DNA from: a virus
Lineage: Duplodnaviria; Heunggongvirae; Uroviricota; Caudoviricetes
Length of the DNA stretch: 64,000 nucleotides
Virus record (IMG/VR): IMGVR_UViG_3300037467_003075
Coordinates: 1-64,000 of that record
Reading direction: 5' to 3' (one strand)
Of the stretch, positions 46,210 through 55,962 are shown piece by piece. The translations under genes and the position numbers were made by a program. The notes below the pieces were generated by a model. It made no database searches, was not told the origin of the DNA, and worked only from the letters and a program-made list of their open reading frames with translations. Position 1 is the first letter of the stretch. Every line of letters begins with the position of its first letter.

Positions 46210-46470
46210 ATGAGCAAATACTTATTTTTTAATGATACAGGTAAAATTATTTCTATCCATCCAGAAACGCAAGAGAGTGGAATCATAGTCGAAAAAAATA
46301 ATAAAAATTACGAAAATGTTATTTATCCACTTGAGCTAGTTGTTTTTACCGCGCCAGAAGGTAAGATTCCGATAATGAAACTGTGGGATTATGGATTTGA
46401 GTTCCAAGTTTTTGTCTGGGCCGTAGAGGAGGGATTCTTTGTATCATGCGCAAATACCAAACAAAGATGA
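46210..46470 (+). CDS. hypothetical protein
   Basis: 86 aa; RBS AAGGAGGG. Confidence 0.4.
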   Translation: MSKYLFFNDTGKIISIHPETQESGIIVEKNNKNYENVIYPLELVVFTAPEGKIPIMKLWDYGFEFQVFVWAVEEGFFVSCANTKQR

Positions 46471-46754
46471 AGACATTTCCTACAAAATGGGGGACAGTTG
46501 GATTCTCAAAAAGTATTAATACAGAACAACTTGTTAAGCATTATGGTCTATTATTGCATCTTAGCAAGAAATACAATCGGCACTTCTACTTGAGTTGGGC
46601 GATGAAAAAAGGTGACTGGTGGTATGACAAAGACCCTGCTAACGCAAAGTTCTTCCGTATTGGAACGAAAAGACATGCCAACGGAAACATACAAAGGGGC
46701 ATCTATATTGGACGTTTCGCATTGGTATATATGAAAGGATTAGCTGATAAATGA
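46446..46754 (+). CDS. hypothetical protein
   Basis: 102 aa ORF. Confidence 0.4.
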   Translation: MRKYQTKMKTFPTKWGTVGFSKSINTEQLVKHYGLLLHLSKKYNRHFYLSWAMKKGDWWYDKDPANAKFFRIGTKRHANGNIQRGIYIGRFALVYMKGLADK

Positions 46755-47032
46755 AATATATTGCATTCGTAAGCCTTGGAATGTTTATAGCTTTTATTAT
46801 TCTTAGTCTATTCACCTTAGCTGAAAAATCAAATGTGTATGAATTAACATGCACAGATCAAGCAGGCAAAGTGTAAAAACATATAAAGCCATTGACCTAC
46901 ATTATGGTGACGGCGAAATTTACTTTAAGGATATGAACGGTATGAAAGACACAACCATCTTGAGCGGAGTGTGTACCAAAAAAACCATTGGCTCTGTCAG
47001 CGGATATCAAAGAATGAAAGAAGGTTATTGAA

Positions 47033-47362
47033 ATGAAAATTAAACCAGAACAAGTAATTGAAGCTTATAAAAAAACAGGACTTATTCCTAAGCAAAAAGT
47101 TACACTTAAAGATGGATGTGCATGTGGTCTTGGCGCAATTTACGCCCTTGAGCATGGGGCAGAAAAAAAAGATTGGATTGGACTCCTTCATGTTATTAGT
47201 TCATTTAACGACAAAGATAAAGACTATGGAATTGGATTTGCTGATGGATTTGATGGTCTGCCTAGGGCATACATTGAATTTTCTGAATATCGTACTGGTC
47301 ATGAAGATGGGAAGGCCGCCTGGAAAGCCGTTGTGGAATCTGGATTGGTGTCAAATGTATAA
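47033..47362 (+). CDS. hypothetical protein
   Basis: 109 aa ORF. Confidence 0.4.
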   Translation: MKIKPEQVIEAYKKTGLIPKQKVTLKDGCACGLGAIYALEHGAEKKDWIGLLHVISSFNDKDKDYGIGFADGFDGLPRAYIEFSEYRTGHEDGKAAWKAVVESGLVSNV

Positions 47363-47597
47363 TCAATCAAAATACAATGGAATATGGCACAGATACACAT
47401 GTCCCGTATGTAATAAAAATCTTCACAAGGAAGAAACGATAGGGCCAGAATGGTATTATAAATGCTCGGATGGTCACTATGAACACTATGTAGCATTCTG
47501 GGGAGACATCGTGACGATTAACGGCAAAGAGTTCAGAGTGTACGGTGATGGCATTGGTATTAAGGAGATAGAGGAGCATTTGTCGGGGTTGGAGTAG
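47357..47597 (+). CDS. small zinc-ribbon protein
   Basis: CPVCNK...CSDGH; taken as the C-terminal part of the long ORF-track frame beginning at the internal ATG. Confidence 0.35.
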
Positions 47598-47738
47598 GGC
47601 AATTGAGTGATGGCAGAGCCAGAGCGAAAAATGGGTGCCCTACGGCGAAAAGCGGTTTATCCTTGCCAAAAGGTATTGTAAAGTGGTATAATATAACCAT
47701 AATACAATACTTTTTTATTTTGTAGGAGGGGTGTCAAC

Positions 47739-48056
47739 ATGTCTTACTATGAAACATGGGCACTAGCGAAAACTGGGCTAGATAACAATTATATTTTCTG
47801 GCCTCCAGGGGTTGTTGAAGCTGCGCTGAAAAAGAGCGGCTTTGAAACAATGAGGGTCAATGATGTTGTTTATTTTAAAATAGGAGTTGGAGAAGATGAA
47901 TTTCGCAGATTACAGGAAGCGGAGACAGACATTGTTAGAATCACGAAAGAAGGAAATAGCGGTTCGGCGGCCGCTGTTGACGACGCAGGAGCAGAGGTTT
48001 CTGTACAGCCTACGCTACAAAACGATGGAATATCGGACACTAATGGCAACACTTAA
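47739..48056 (+). CDS. hypothetical protein (3' half overlaps another frame)
   Basis: N-terminal 55 aa look protein-like; the distal part is low-complexity. Confidence 0.3.
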   Translation: MSYYETWALAKTGLDNNYIFWPPGVVEAALKKSGFETMRVNDVVYFKIGVGEDEFRRLQEAETDIVRITKEGNSGSAAAVDDAGAEVSVQPTLQNDGISDTNGNT

Positions 48057-48180
48057 GGCAACGATTGCACCTTCACAGCTTGACGAAATCATTGTTGAGT
48101 ATAATCTTAGACTGAGAAAGGCAAGAGTCAACTTCGAGAAAAACAACTACAACTACGAATGGGATGCTGATGAGGAATGA
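47887..48180 (+). CDS. hypothetical basic helical protein (possible frameshift continuation of 47739)
   Basis: Protein-like composition in the +1 frame, overlapping the previous ORF by 170 nt. Confidence 0.3.
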   Translation: MEKMNFADYRKRRQTLLESRKKEIAVRRPLLTTQEQRFLYSLRYKTMEYRTLMATLKATIAPSQLDEIIVEYNLRLRKARVNFEKNNYNYEWDADEE

Positions 48181-48273
48181 ATATACTAAAGGGACTAGTA
48201 GCATGTGCGTTGTACAGTGTGGTTTTGTGCGTGGCATTATTCGGGACGCTATACTTGCTATTTGGGTGATTAA

Positions 48274-49044
48274 ATGACAACTAAAGTAGTCAATCGTCAT
48301 CATGGCGATTCATACGATGTCTATATTGGTCGCGGGAGTGTTTGGGGGAATCCTTACACTCATCTTGACAGTACGCAAGCACTATACAAAGTAGATAGCA
48401 GAGAGCAAGCAATAGAGGAATACTTTGGCTATATATTTGCACAACGAAACCTTCTTTCAAGGCTTAGTGAATTAAAAGGCAAGGTGCTTGGCTGCTACTG
48501 CCATCCTAAATCTTGCCACGGTCACATTTTGGCTCAGCTAGCTGACACAACATGGTGGAAAGACGATAAGCTGATTCTTGAGTGTTCAACAAAAGGTGAC
48601 ATTCGTTTCTCTGCTTTTGGCGCGGAAGTAACAGTGTTCGGTAAGAAAGCAACTGTAGAGGAGCATTATCAACTATCTAAACGATTCGTTACAAACACAT
48701 TAGACATGATGAACAATAACCTGTATGCTCCAAAAAGTATTTACGATGTAAAGGGAAAGAATGCGAAAACGAAGGATATGAGCCTGTATTTGATTTTTGT
48801 CAACGGGTTTTATTTCCCACCAGATTTTCGTCTTGAGTTCTATAAATGGATGTGGCTAAAATACCTTGATGAAAACCCAGAGCTTGTTGCTTATGCATCT
48901 AGATTTGACGATTATAATGACATTTTTAAGGGAAAATCAATTATTTGCCAGGCAGATTGTATTAGGCAGTACATAAAGCAAGGCAGAGACAGTGTTGTTA
49001 GCGATATTAAAGATTTTTGTGAAATGATAGGAGTTGAAGCATAA
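48274..49044 (+). CDS. DUF4326-domain protein with C-terminal extension
   Basis: GRGSVWGNPY ... LGCYCHPKSCHGHIL carries the GNP and CHG motifs. Confidence 0.5.
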   Translation: MTTKVVNRHHGDSYDVYIGRGSVWGNPYTHLDSTQALYKVDSREQAIEEYFGYIFAQRNLLSRLSELKGKVLGCYCHPKSCHGHILAQLADTTWWKDDKLILECSTKGDIRFSAFGAEVTVFGKKATVEEHYQLSKRFVTNTLDMMNNNLYAPKSIYDVKGKNAKTKDMSLYLIFVNGFYFPPDFRLEFYKWMWLKYLDENPELVAYASRFDDYNDIFKGKSIICQADCIRQYIKQGRDSVVSDIKDFCEMIGVEA

Positions 49045-49047
49045 GAC

Positions 49048-49329
49048 ATGGAACAGTATAGAATAAAAAAAGATTTTTTAACTAATAACAATGGAATGAC
49101 TATTAAGATTATTGTAGAGAAATGGAGTTGGCTATACAAAGAATGGTTTTGTGATGTGACTTTTATTCAACATGTAACTCGTCCTAACTGGTTTAATAGG
49201 CTGCGTAAGATCACATATAAAGAAAAATGTGAAATGGCTATAAAAAACCTTCTTAATCAAGCCAATCAATACATCGAGCATAAAACAGAAGGAGATCGTA
49301 TTGCTGAAAAATTAGACAAGGAGTTTTAG
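49048..49329 (+). CDS. hypothetical protein
   Basis: 93 aa ORF. Confidence 0.4.
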   Translation: MEQYRIKKDFLTNNNGMTIKIIVEKWSWLYKEWFCDVTFIQHVTRPNWFNRLRKITYKEKCEMAIKNLLNQANQYIEHKTEGDRIAEKLDKEF

Positions 49330-49331
49330 CA

Positions 49332-49634
49332 ATGAAATACATGATCGTTTTTCACAATGTACCACATGAGCTTGCTTTATACAAATCAGAATTATCGCTT
49401 TTTGGTGAGATTTTTGACGCGCCAGAAAGCCTGCCTACGCACATTTGGATAGAGTCAGATTGGGATAAAGACATTTTGGAATCGATTATGGGTGTAAAGA
49501 AAGTATATCCAAAAAGATTCGAAAATAAACAGCTTAGTGTACTAACAGGAAGAAAATGGACTGAACTATTGGGTACAAAATGGGAAAAACAGCCAAGTGA
49601 CTACGAAAGAGAAGAGGAGGAAATTCCATCATGA
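49332..49634 (+). CDS. hypothetical protein
   Basis: 100 aa ORF. Confidence 0.4.
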   Translation: MKYMIVFHNVPHELALYKSELSLFGEIFDAPESLPTHIWIESDWDKDILESIMGVKKVYPKRFENKQLSVLTGRKWTELLGTKWEKQPSDYEREEEEIPS

Positions 49635-49918
49635 TTATGGAAATTGAAACTGAACGCACAGAGGCACGAGTAGTAATTAGGGACGATGAGTTAAAAACAA
49701 AGCATTTGAGGAACTTTTACCTCTACAAGGACAGCATGAGCGTCAGTGATCTTATTAGTTGGGCTTTTGAGAGGGCTGTGAAGTTTCAAGTTAGCGAAAT
49801 ACTTGTTGTTACAAATTATGGTTATGGGCAATCAGTTGCTGACACGCTCAGGGACTACATTCGCCATTCAAATCTTAACATTAGAGTGCTTGACTACAGA
49901 GAGCTAAAACTTAATTAA
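49631..49918 (+). CDS. hypothetical protein
   Basis: 95 aa; translationally coupled ATGA overlap. Confidence 0.4.
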   Translation: MIMEIETERTEARVVIRDDELKTKHLRNFYLYKDSMSVSDLISWAFERAVKFQVSEILVVTNYGYGQSVADTLRDYIRHSNLNIRVLDYRELKLN

Positions 49919-49937
49919 GTACCCATTAGGTAGAGTT

Positions 49938-49980
49938 TGTCCTTGACATGACTCTACTTTTTTTATATAATATAAGTATA
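49938..49980 (+). promoter_or_regulatory. plus-strand sigma-A-type promoter
   Basis: cTTGACAtgactctactttttttaTATAATATaagtataat. Confidence 0.45.
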
Positions 49981-50260
49981 ATATTAATGGTGGTGTATAA
50001 TAATGTTGGAAATAATAAAAAATACATTTAGTGGCAAGTGGAGCGAAGACCAGCAAAGGTTCTTTGCATGGGGATTTGTTATAGGCTTTATCGTTACCAT
50101 GTTAGGTTTTGGAATTGGATTTATTCTTGTGTCTATTATGTAACACGCTACAAGCCATTATGGGACGATGTGTGTATCTAACGAATACCCTTACCATTGA
50201 TAATGTAATACAATGTCTGTATGAGGCGCGTATTTCGTCTGGTAACAATTTAGTAGGAGG

Positions 50261-50626
50261 ATGACAATGAGCAGATTAGACTTAATTAAAACAGAGTACA
50301 TTCCAGTTGGCAAAATGCTAGGAGGTAAGTCATTCTCTAATCTTGATAAAATAAAAAAGCTATCGAGCCATATCGTTCGACAGCGAAGAGATGAATGGCT
50401 ATTGGCTGTTTTTATAAAGCACAGCATATTCGCCAATCCCGCTGTCATGTCACGCAGAGAACTTTTTGAGATATTCGAAAAAAATCAAGTAACACTAGTT
50501 GATGAAGATGGCATATATAGAATTTACAAAGATAATAAAGTAATTGGAGAGTGGCAAAACAAGACACGCTGGAGACTGACCAAAGATGGTATGCTTCAAG
50601 TTAAAATCAAATATGTGATTGTATAG
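50261..50626 (+). CDS. hypothetical protein
   Basis: 121 aa; RBS GGAGGA. Confidence 0.4.
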   Translation: MTMSRLDLIKTEYIPVGKMLGGKSFSNLDKIKKLSSHIVRQRRDEWLLAVFIKHSIFANPAVMSRRELFEIFEKNQVTLVDEDGIYRIYKDNKVIGEWQNKTRWRLTKDGMLQVKIKYVIV

Positions 50627-50743
50627 ATGGGGCTGCGATTAGTAGTTCCATTTTTTACAATTTGATATTTGTACAAAATAGGTGTATTATAATAGGCATA
50701 GGAACCAAACAATAATCACACAGTCGAGGAGAGAAAATTAAAA

Positions 50744-51241
50744 ATGATGACATGGACAGAGGAAAAGGAAAGAGAACTTGTTGAGGTTGTTGAATCATAT
50801 AGCAACATTAACGAGGGTCTTGAAGCTGCGGCAGAACATTTTAAAACAACATTCTTTGCTGTACGTAACCGTTGGTATTCAGACGAAGTAAAGGCCATCC
50901 GTGGAGTTACGAAGCCAATCAAAGAAAAAGACGTAGAGAAAATCGCATATGAGATTGAATCTAAAGCACAAATCCTATCGAAATTCATAAGTGAAGAAGT
51001 AGGAACTCTTCGTGACCGCATAGCTCATCTAGAGAGAGAAAACAAGGAAACGACAACTGCATACCATACTCTTCTTAAAAAATACACTAATCTTGAACAG
51101 GATTTCGCTGGTTTGAGTAGAATATTTGATCGTGCGCGGAAGCTGGTTGTAGAAGAATCGCTTGGGCAATTTGATTCTAAAACATTTGTCATGGAGAAAA
51201 ATGGAAACCTAGAAACTGTTGAAAATACAAAGGGAGCCTAA
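50744..51241 (+). CDS. hypothetical coiled-coil protein
   Basis: 165 aa; followed by a bidirectional terminator. Confidence 0.4.
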   Translation: MMTWTEEKERELVEVVESYSNINEGLEAAAEHFKTTFFAVRNRWYSDEVKAIRGVTKPIKEKDVEKIAYEIESKAQILSKFISEEVGTLRDRIAHLERENKETTTAYHTLLKKYTNLEQDFAGLSRIFDRARKLVVEESLGQFDSKTFVMEKNGNLETVENTKGA

Positions 51242-51260
51242 TGGCTCCCCCTTTTTTTAA
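51229..51260. terminator. bidirectional terminator between convergent genes
   Basis: GGGAGCC-taat-GGCTCCC plus CCTTTTTTT; the minus orientation also ends in T-rich sequence. Confidence 0.55.
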
Positions 51261-51988
51261 ATATTATCTGTGTTAGTAATGGTTAAGTTTCCAATCTTTA
51301 TATCGCCTTTTACAGTAAGAGTGCCAGTTGTATCAGCATTTAGGTGAGTATTCATAGCCTCTAGTGATGTGCCTCTAATATCGTACTCTGCAATTCCTCT
51401 TGAGCGGTATGTCGATGTTGCATTATTCAGTACATGTATAGTATCAGTGAACCCACCGCTACTTGGACTAAAATTAAGCGATCTATTACTGGAGATGCCA
51501 AGAGATGATGCCTCTTTTACAGCGTCCAAATTCGCGCCAAGGAAAACAAACTCCCAACTATGACGCTTCGTTTGGTGCCTAATCATCTTTGCTACCGATT
51601 CCTTATTGTAGGTCTTGCTTGCATTTTCCTCGCCATCAGTAATGATTGCAAAGATTACTTTGGCAGGAATATTGTTTTCATCCTCTTCGTTTGTGTAACG
51701 AGTCTCAATGGAATCAATTGTAACGCCGATTGCATCAAGCAATGCTGTGCCTCCGTTTGGTCGATATGTCTTTTCATTAAGAGGTTCTACTTCTACTACA
51801 TCGCGGCCATTGATCGGTGTGCGAACACTTGAGCTGAATGTGACTAGTGTCAGCTTTGCCTTTCCGCTGTCCAGCTTCTTCTGGTCTTCTAGGAATGTAT
51901 TAAATCCACCAATCGTGTCGTTTCGAATGCTTCCCATTGACCCACTTTCATCAAGTACTACTACAATTTCTGTTAGTTCTTTGTTCAC
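51257..51988 (-). CDS. von Willebrand factor A (vWA) domain protein
   Basis: MIDAS motif VVLDESGSMG near the N-terminus. Confidence 0.55.
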   Translation of the reverse strand: MNKELTEIVVVLDESGSMGSIRNDTIGGFNTFLEDQKKLDSGKAKLTLVTFSSSVRTPINGRDVVEVEPLNEKTYRPNGGTALLDAIGVTIDSIETRYTNEEDENNIPAKVIFAIITDGEENASKTYNKESVAKMIRHQTKRHSWEFVFLGANLDAVKEASSLGISSNRSLNFSPSSGGFTDTIHVLNNATSTYRSRGIAEYDIRGTSLEAMNTHLNADTTGTLTVKGDIKIGNLTITNTDNI

Positions 51989-51990
51989 TT

Positions 51991-52296
51991 TTATTCCTCC
52001 ACAATAAGATTTTTTATTTGTTCTGTCGTTGCGCTTCCGCCGATGAATTTTTTAAGCACATTTCCGTTGCGGAACGCGAAAACAACAGGAACACCCATTA
52101 CACGATAATCAAGAGCTGGCTCACTAATTGTATCAATATTAAGCTTATAAACATCGTAACCTTCACTCTCCACAGCCTCTAGTACTGGCTCAATTGTCTT
52201 GCATGGGCCGCACCATGGCGCACCAAACTTGACAATGACTGGTGTCTCAGACGCAATCACCTGTTTAAAGTGTTCGTATGATGTGATCTCTTTCAA
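51991..52296 (-). CDS. thioredoxin
   Basis: WCGPC active site; 101 aa. Confidence 0.7.
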   Translation of the reverse strand: MKEITSYEHFKQVIASETPVIVKFGAPWCGPCKTIEPVLEAVESEGYDVYKLNIDTISEPALDYRVMGVPVVFAFRNGNVLKKFIGGSATTEQIKNLIVEE

Positions 52297-53277
52297 AGTC
52301 TTAGTCCTCCCTGTAAAATAACTGCTGATGTAATTAAATCTTTTATTTGACCACTCATCCCTGCTCCAGCTGCTTTTGGATGTCCTCCGCCGCCGAATAG
52401 TTTGGCGACTACTCCTAAATCAATATTGTCATGGATTCCACGGAAGCTAATTCCACCGCCCCCAACATTGACAATCATAATAAAATCAAGGTCTGTATTT
52501 TCTTTGCACAGCGTATTTCCGAGTTCAGATATGTAGCTTTCAGCAAATACGAGTCCAAAATTATATCCATAAGCAGATTTTTGAATCACATTTTTGCTTA
52601 CTTTTTTAATATAATTTTTGATTCTTTCTTCTTCGACTTCGACGAGTAGTTTTTCGCCAGCACTAAATTCCATACCTGGATTATCGCTAAATCGTTCTAC
52701 AAATTTGTCGCGACCGAGAAGTCCAAATAGCATATTCAGTTTTTTTGATGCCAAATCCTTGTAAATAGTGTCCCATTCCCAAGTATCATATCTGCGAGCT
52801 TTCTCTACAAACAATGATGTATCAGAATAATTATTCATGTATCCTGCACCAACTACATGGTCGTAGAACATCGAAGTTCCCGCTGTCTTAATTTGAGTAA
52901 CAGGTGGGTCATAACAAATCTCTCCTCTTGCCTGTTCCTCTGTTGGTGGTGGTACTGGTTCTAGTATCTTAATCGGTGAAACAGTAGCCCAACCATACTT
53001 ATTCAGCCACATCGCTGTCGCATGATGATCGAGTAAGATTACTTTGTAAGGACAATGGTACTCAATTAGTTCAGCCACATGCTCTTTTACAGAAATGTCT
53101 GTAATGTAAATTCTGTCATAATTCTCAAATTCCTTAGAAGTAATAAAATCAAATACTTCTTGGTCGATTTTATCGTAGTCACAGTATGTAATATCAATAA
53201 CGTCGAAAGCCCATTTGCCTACGATTGCACAGCCTACTCCATCAAAGGTCGGTATGTGTAAATAATTTTACTTTCAT
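52293..53277 (-). CDS. DHH-family phosphoesterase (DHH/DHHA1, NrnA-like); apparent frameshift near 53245
   Basis: LLDHH and GGGGHPKAAGAG (DHHA1) in the long ORF. An upstream MKVKLFTHTDL* fragment lies in another frame and would restore the DHH N-terminal motif HTDLDG if one base were removed. Confidence 0.5.
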
Positions 53278-53310
53278 ACCTTACATTTCTCCCTTCTGTA
53301 CGCATCCATT

Positions 53311-53338
53311 AGCCCCCAATTAAGGGGGCATTTTTTAC
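53311..53338 (+). terminator. hairpin-plus-T-run terminator-like element (plus orientation) between minus-strand genes
   Basis: GCCCCC-aattaa-GGGGGC followed by ATTTTTTAC. Confidence 0.35.
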
Positions 53339-54031
53339 TTATACATTAATAACTCGTCTTGCTGATGTTGCACGATTTCTCCAGTAGCTTCCGGGCGAAA
53401 AATCAGAGTATGTCGGCCCTCCACAATTGTCGCGAAGTTTCTTAAGATTCTTGTCGAACACATCGGATGTTGTGCTAAATGTATGAAGCAACCTGTCTTT
53501 TCCATCAACATTCACATACTGCGCTACATGATGCACATAACCGCTTTCGTAGGCAAAGAATAATAGATCACCAGTTCTGAGCGAGTTAAGATCAACTGCA
53601 ATTCCTTGTTGTGACTGCTGTCTTGAATCTGCACCAAGAGTAATTCCTGCTGCTGTACCGTATACATATCGCTGTAAGCTTGAGCAATCGAATACAGGTA
53701 ATGACGGTGCTTGACCGAAACGATATCGTTGTGCGCCAAATACATACTTGCATACATTTCCGTTTGGCAAAATGAAACTTTCGGCTAGTTCTAAAATGCT
53801 TTTTTCTACTGCTTCCCACGCAGGAACATATTCTTTTACATACTTGCTGAGATATGTAATGTATCCTTCTGTCCCATCTTCAAGTCGTGCGTGGTACCAA
53901 CCTGTTGTTGCATCGGTTCCTAGTACAAGGAGTACTGTTCCATTTGGCAATGTTTTAATTACCCTAGTTCCTGTTGTGCCAGGTGCATTTCTAAAGTTGA
54001 CTGCTCCAATTGTTGCTATGTACTTTTCCAT
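53339..54031 (-). CDS. cell-wall hydrolase with SH3b domain and NlpC/P60 endopeptidase domain
   Basis: N-terminal SH3b-like (GTRVIKTLPNGTVL...GWYHA); C-terminal Cys/His (CSSLQRYVYG...HHVAQYV). Confidence 0.6.
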   Translation of the reverse strand: MEKYIATIGAVNFRNAPGTTGTRVIKTLPNGTVLLVLGTDATTGWYHARLEDGTEGYITYLSKYVKEYVPAWEAVEKSILELAESFILPNGNVCKYVFGAQRYRFGQAPSLPVFDCSSLQRYVYGTAAGITLGADSRQQSQQGIAVDLNSLRTGDLLFFAYESGYVHHVAQYVNVDGKDRLLHTFSTTSDVFDKNLKKLRDNCGGPTYSDFSPGSYWRNRATSARRVINV

Positions 54032-54111
54032 AGTTATCTCCCTTGTTGTTTGTCTAGTTGTGTGATAAACTATGAATTAAACCGATGGCTTAATCCATTG
54101 TCATGGTGCAA

Positions 54112-54690
54112 TTAATTGTTTTTTGTATCATGGTAGCATTTACGGCATACAGGCTTGTAGCTTTCGTTTCCGCCGATTTGAATTTGATCTCCATCAAATG
54201 TCGGCTTGTCATCAATAAATCGAATGACCATTGTCGCTTTTTTATCACAGTACCAACATACCGTCTTAATTTCTTCTATCTTGTCAGCCTGAGCAAGTAG
54301 GTGATATGTCCCTTCAAACAATTCGTTCCTAAAATCATTCTTTAATCCGAATGCTATAACAGGAACATTTAGATCGTCAACAATCCTTGTTAATTGCATA
54401 ACATGCTCCTTGGATAGGAATTGCGACTCGTCAACGAGTACACAATAAATCCTATTTTTTGTAAGCAGGTTTTCAACTAACTGATGTAAGTTGGTATCTT
54501 GGTAAATAACAATTGCTTCTTTTTCAAACCCTGTCCGTGACTTTACGACATTAACTTCACTTCTGGTGTCGATTACTGGCTTTAATACAACTACTTCCTT
54601 GCCTTGCTCTTCGTAGTTGTGAACCACTTTTAGAAGTTCAAGTGATTTACCGCTGTTCATCGTGCCAAATCTATAGTACAGTTGCGACAA
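54112..54690 (-). CDS. tdk: thymidine kinase
   Basis: YYRFGTMNSGKSLELL P-loop; C-terminal zinc-binding Cys pairs (CWYC...CRKC). Confidence 0.75.
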   Translation of the reverse strand: MSQLYYRFGTMNSGKSLELLKVVHNYEEQGKEVVVLKPVIDTRSEVNVVKSRTGFEKEAIVIYQDTNLHQLVENLLTKNRIYCVLVDESQFLSKEHVMQLTRIVDDLNVPVIAFGLKNDFRNELFEGTYHLLAQADKIEEIKTVCWYCDKKATMVIRFIDDKPTFDGDQIQIGGNESYKPVCRKCYHDTKNN

Positions 54691-54920
54691 CCAACCACCC
54701 TCCCTTGTGTTATGTTTATATTATAACATACGGACATAATTAAGTCAAGGACAAAGGATACTTTGTCCAACATGTGGACATAATAAAGGAGAAGTGAACA
54801 TAAAATGGAATATGTTATCGGAGTAATATTTTTGGTGTCACTTATCGCTTGGTACATCGTAGAGCAGAAGTGGCGAAAATTGTAGAAAAATCTTAAATAT
54901 ATAAACAGGAGGTATTTCAC

Positions 54921-55154
54921 ATGAATAATGTTGTAATATTTGACCCTGTTTACATGAAGCACTTAAAGATGTGGCGCGAGAACAGGTGGCGTTTCTCTGG
55001 TAAAATAGTTAACCTTACAATTAAGCAGTCGGAAGGAAAGTTAACGCCAGAAGAAAAGTATGAAAAGGAAATAATGGACAGAATTGTAGAAGAGCATAAT
55101 GGACAATGGCTAGATGAATATATCCCTCATAAAAAAAATAAGAAAAAAGGATAA
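54921..55154 (+). CDS. hypothetical protein
   Basis: 77 aa; RBS AGGAGG; followed by a terminator. Confidence 0.4.
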   Translation: MNNVVIFDPVYMKHLKMWRENRWRFSGKIVNLTIKQSEGKLTPEEKYEKEIMDRIVEEHNGQWLDEYIPHKKNKKKG

Positions 55155-55180
55155 GCCCCTAATTAAAGGGGCTTTTTTGT
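55154..55180. terminator. terminator between convergent genes (plus gene 54921-55154 and clpP)
   Basis: AGCCCCT-aattaa-AGGGGCT followed by TTTTTTG. Confidence 0.55.
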
Positions 55181-55181
55181 T

Positions 55182-55826
55182 TTATTGGATGATTTCATCA
55201 ATTAGTCCAAACTCCATTGCTTCTTCCGCTGTCAACCACCATTCACGGTCATCCATTTCTTCATATTTTTCAGCCGTAATTTTGCTATTAGCGATAATAA
55301 ATGTTTTGATTTGCTCACTCTTCTTATCGAAGAATTTCATGTGATCTTTAACTTTATTACTTGTGCCAGCGATACCTGTGCTGCCATCGTGAATAAGGAC
55401 ATTAGAGAACTGGTATGCATAGCGTCTGTGACCAGCGGCAAGAAGTACAGAACCCATGCTTGCAGCCATGCTAAGGACAATAACATGTACTGGTGTCTTT
55501 GATTTCTTGATTACTTCCGCAGCAACAAGACCATTAAAAAGGTCGCCACCAGGAGAATTGAGATAAAGTGTAATTGGCTTACGATTGAAATTCTTCCCTT
55601 GTCCGTCTGGTAGATACGGCGCAGCTTCTTCTGCTTTATCATCTTCTTTGTTCCATTTCAAAATTGGCATAACAATCTCTTCTACAATAAATTCATCCAC
55701 AGCATCATTTAGGACAAGTACTCTATCTTTTAACTCCTGCCAATGCGTATATTCAGCAAACGAAGGTGTTTTCTTCATGGCAATAAATGTCTCATCAAAA
55801 TCGCCATTCATCTTTTTGTCGATCAT
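55182..55826 (-). CDS. clpP: ClpP-family serine protease
   Basis: YLNSPGGD ... MAASMGSVLLAAGH ... H/D triad region. Confidence 0.65.
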   Translation of the reverse strand: MIDKKMNGDFDETFIAMKKTPSFAEYTHWQELKDRVLVLNDAVDEFIVEEIVMPILKWNKEDDKAEEAAPYLPDGQGKNFNRKPITLYLNSPGGDLFNGLVAAEVIKKSKTPVHVIVLSMAASMGSVLLAAGHRRYAYQFSNVLIHDGSTGIAGTSNKVKDHMKFFDKKSEQIKTFIIANSKITAEKYEEMDDREWWLTAEEAMEFGLIDEIIQ

Positions 55827-55962
55827 AGTCTTCTCTCCTTTTTTAACGATCTAATAATATATTTAAAAAATCAGTTTATAAGTTCGACACTTTTTTATAT
55901 GGCATAATTTGCCACAAGGGAGAAAGTATCTGTAATTAGACAAAACAAAGGAGGAATAGATC

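Noticed and set aside
47058-47597. 179-aa ORF from the ORF track
   Set aside because: Its first two-thirds overlap the better ORF at 47033-47362 in another frame. Only the C-terminal part from the ATG at 47357 was kept as a small zinc-ribbon gene.
55182-55826. ClpP-like gene as a prohead (capsid maturation) protease
   Set aside because: The neighbours are thymidine kinase, a lysin, thioredoxin and vWA rather than portal and capsid genes, so a structural-module role is not supported. It is annotated simply as a ClpP-family protease.
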